Below are positions 17,666 to 19,861 of a DNA stretch of 19,861 nt, in pieces; positions within the stretch are counted from its first letter, which is position 1, and every line of letters begins with the position of its first letter. The translations under genes and the position numbers were made by a program. The stretch covers positions 1 to 19,861 of the forward strand of contig CAYUTF010000063.1 of NCBI GenBank assembly GCA_964447495.1, read 5' to 3'. The stretch comes from an uncultured archaeon (GTDB lineage Archaea > Asgardarchaeota > Lokiarchaeia > Sigyniarchaeales > SOKP01). The notes under the pieces are model-generated. The model did not search any database. It saw nothing but the letters and a program-made list of their open reading frames with translations, and was not told the DNA's origin.

Positions 17666-17843
17666 TCTATAATTTTGACCTTATCTAAAAAAGGAATATA
17701 AAAATTTATCATTTCTTATTAATTCCAATAGTTAGTCATAAGAATAATACTAATGGTCGAATCTAAAGATTTAAATTTAGATTATTACCAATTTTTGAGT
17801 TGGGTCAAGCTATAGAAATGCAATTAATAGGCAATTATATTTC

Positions 17844-18269
17844 CTAAGAACCTTCATTAGGAATTAAATCTTCTTTTATCCAGCTATAAATTTGGTCTCT
17901 TAATTCTCTAAACACCGCTAGTTTTTCTTCTTTAGTTCCTTGGAAAGCAGAAGGATCTGGAAAGCCCTTATGAATCATTTTTTTAGCACCGGGAAATACA
18001 GGACATATTTTTTTTGCATTGTCACATACAGTTATAACTAAATCAAATTTAATACCATAAAAATCCTTTAAATGTTTTGAATAATGATCAGAAATATCAA
18101 TTCCTATTTCTTTTAACACTTTGATGGCTTCTGATCTGACTTCTGAAACTTCTGTACCTGCACTATACGCATCAAATTTATCATTATATAATTCATTTAT
18201 GAGTCCTTCTGCCATTTGAGAACGAGCAGAATTATGAGTACACAGAATAAGAATTTTCTTTTTAGCTAT
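17844..18269 (-). CDS. arsC: Arsenate reductase, thioredoxin-coupled (LMW-PTPase fold); non-canonical start, probably ATA
   Basis: Frame extends 18 codons upstream of ATG 18215 as IAKKKILILCTHNSARSQ, containing the CX5R loop; also SAGT, TVCDNAKKICP (two resolving Cys) and FPDP. SD GAGGTA at 18281-18276. Confidence 0.9.
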   Translation of the reverse strand: MAKKKILILCTHNSARSQMAEGLINELYNDKFDAYSAGTEVSEVRSEAIKVLKEIGIDISDHYSKHLKDFYGIKFDLVITVCDNAKKICPVFPGAKKMIHKGFPDPSAFQGTKEEKLAVFRELRDQIYSWIKEDLIPNEGS

Positions 18270-18303
18270 AATAATTACCTCTAAAAATTATTATGAAATA
18301 AGA

Positions 18304-18957
18304 TTAGCTTATTTCAATATGCTTTCCCGTAACCATATAATGTACTTTTTCAGCTATTTTACAGGCATGATCTCCACATCTTTCGAGGTAACGGGCAAAC
18401 ATCATATAATGAGCACATTCAGTTATGAATTTTGGATCTTCTATCATATAAGTTATACATTCACGAAAAATAGCCCATCTTAGTTCATCCACTTCATCAT
18501 CTCTCGATTTAAAATCATTAATTAAAGAGATATTTTTCTTTTCAAATGCATTTAGCGCATCTTCTATCATTGATTGGACATGTTCATAAATATGACGTAA
18601 ATTAACAAGATTTAGTGCAATTGGCTTTTCAGATAAATGTTTTTCCACAACATCTGCTATATCTTTTCCATATCTTCCAATTCGGTGTAAATAGGTAATG
18701 ATCTTTAATATTGCTGCAAGAGTTCTAAGATCTATTGCCATCGGTTGGTAAAGCATAATAAGTTTAAGTGCTTTCTCTTCAATCTGATAATCAAATTGTT
18801 TTAGCGTTTCCTTCCTGTCTAATACATTCGACGCAAGGTCTAAATCTTGATTATATAGGGATTCAATAGAATCATTTAACATATTTAATGCGAGCTTTCC
18901 CATTTGAGAAACTTCATTTTTAAGAACATCTAACTCTTTGTGCATTTCTTTTGCCAT
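18304..18957 (-). CDS. phoU: Phosphate uptake regulator PhoU
   Basis: YQPMAIDLR, LHRIGRY, DDEVD, ARYLERCGDHACKIAE; directly downstream of pstB with SD GGTGA. Confidence 0.95.
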   Translation of the reverse strand: MAKEMHKELDVLKNEVSQMGKLALNMLNDSIESLYNQDLDLASNVLDRKETLKQFDYQIEEKALKLIMLYQPMAIDLRTLAAILKIITYLHRIGRYGKDIADVVEKHLSEKPIALNLVNLRHIYEHVQSMIEDALNAFEKKNISLINDFKSRDDEVDELRWAIFRECITYMIEDPKFITECAHYMMFARYLERCGDHACKIAEKVHYMVTGKHIEIS

Positions 18958-18967
18958 TTTAATTCAC

Positions 18968-19792
18968 CTATCCAAATCGTCCCGTTATATAATTTTCCAT
19001 TAACTTTTCTTGAGGATTTTCAAAAATTTGAGTTGTTTCTCCGTATTCAATCATTTCCCCTAGATACATGAAAGCAGTATAATCTGATATTCGGGCTGCT
19101 TGTTGCATATTATGGGTAACGATTATCACCGTCCATTCTTCTTTCAATTGGAGAATTAAATCTTCAATTTTTTGAGTTGCAATCGGATCAAGAGATGCAG
19201 TAGGTTCATCCATTAATAAAACTTCTGGCTCCACTGCTAATGCTCTAGCAATACACAAACGTTGTTGCTGACCACCAGATAATCCCATTGCGGAATCATG
19301 CAATCTATCTTTTACCTCATCCCATAATACTGCTTTTTTAAGACTTTTCTCAGCTATTTCTTCCAAGACCTCATCTTCTTCAATTTTATGAATCTTTGGA
19401 CCATATGTTATATTATCAAAAACTGACATTGGAAAGGGATTAGGTTTTTGAAAAATCATACCTATTTTCTTTCGGTTTAATCTAATATCAGCATTACTAT
19501 CATAGAGATTCTTACCATTAAATAAAACTTCGCCTTCAATTTTACAACTCTCAATGACATCGTTCATTCGATTGAAACAACGAATTAGAGTACTTTTACC
19601 ACATCCAGATGGACCGATAATAGCTGTCACCTTATTTTTCCTATATTTCATATTAATATCTTTTAAAGCCTGAACATCATCATACCATAGATTTAATTTT
19701 CTACATTCAATTACATATTCGTTTGGATCATCCTTAAGATTCTGATTGTTTTCAATTTCTTGTTTATATTTATTTTTACTCTTAAGTATCAT
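18968..19792 (-). CDS. pstB: Phosphate ABC transporter ATP-binding protein
   Basis: [69 protein letters not shown] 19792 lies 5 nt after GGTGA; ATG 19804 is an alternative. Confidence 0.97.
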   Translation of the reverse strand: MILKSKNKYKQEIENNQNLKDDPNEYVIECRKLNLWYDDVQALKDINMKYRKNKVTAIIGPSGCGKSTLIRCFNRMNDVIESCKIEGEVLFNGKNLYDSNADIRLNRKKIGMIFQKPNPFPMSVFDNITYGPKIHKIEEDEVLEEIAEKSLKKAVLWDEVKDRLHDSAMGLSGGQQQRLCIARALAVEPEVLLMDEPTASLDPIATQKIEDLILQLKEEWTVIIVTHNMQQAARISDYTAFMYLGEMIEYGETTQIFENPQEKLMENYITGRFG

Positions 19793-19797
19793 TAAAT

Positions 19798-19860
19798 TCA
19801 CCATTTTTTTCTTTTTTCATATCTAATTCGAATAATAAATGCAAAACTATATAATATTAA
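19798..19860 (-). CDS. pstA: 3' end of phosphate ABC transporter permease (partial, runs off the window)
   Basis: Frame [20 protein letters not shown] ends at TGA 19800-19798 just upstream of pstB; hydrophobic helix plus basic tail and position match PstA C-termini. Confidence 0.7.
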   Translation of the reverse strand, partial: LILYSFAFIIRIRYEKRKKW

Positions 19861-19861
19861 A

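Noticed and set aside
16116-17843. Antizyme-like +1 frameshift gene near the decarboxylase
   Set aside because: No suitable two-ORF arrangement or TCC-TGA-type shift site seen in the flanking regions.

Overview
AT-rich, gene-dense chromosomal segment with archaeal signals (GGTGA/GAGGT ribosome-binding sites, TATA-like boxes, several apparently leaderless genes, oligo-T terminators). Gene content and a PGF/Loki-CTERM-like anchored surface protein suggest an Asgard (Lokiarchaeia-like) archaeon; this is inference, not proven. Contents: APH-family phosphotransferase, small acidic ORF, secreted 8-repeat beta-propeller-like protein, GYD protein, Lrp/AsnC regulator, GH20 beta-N-acetylhexosaminidase, PH/GRAM-like protein, VOC protein, Zn-finger ORF, glnA, two membrane proteins, a heterodimeric ABC exporter, glutamine-dependent nadE, a Zn-ribbon ORF, a fold-III ornithine/lysine decarboxylase, and the end of a pstA-pstB-phoU-arsC operon. 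I see no rRNA, tRNA, CRISPR array or mobile element, and no clear complete novel system. Best leads: (1) arsC has its catalytic loop upstream of the first ATG and needs a non-canonical (likely ATA) start; (2) a speculative leaderless uORF upstream of the decarboxylase; (3) the sorting-signal-bearing, Cys-patterned repeat surface protein.
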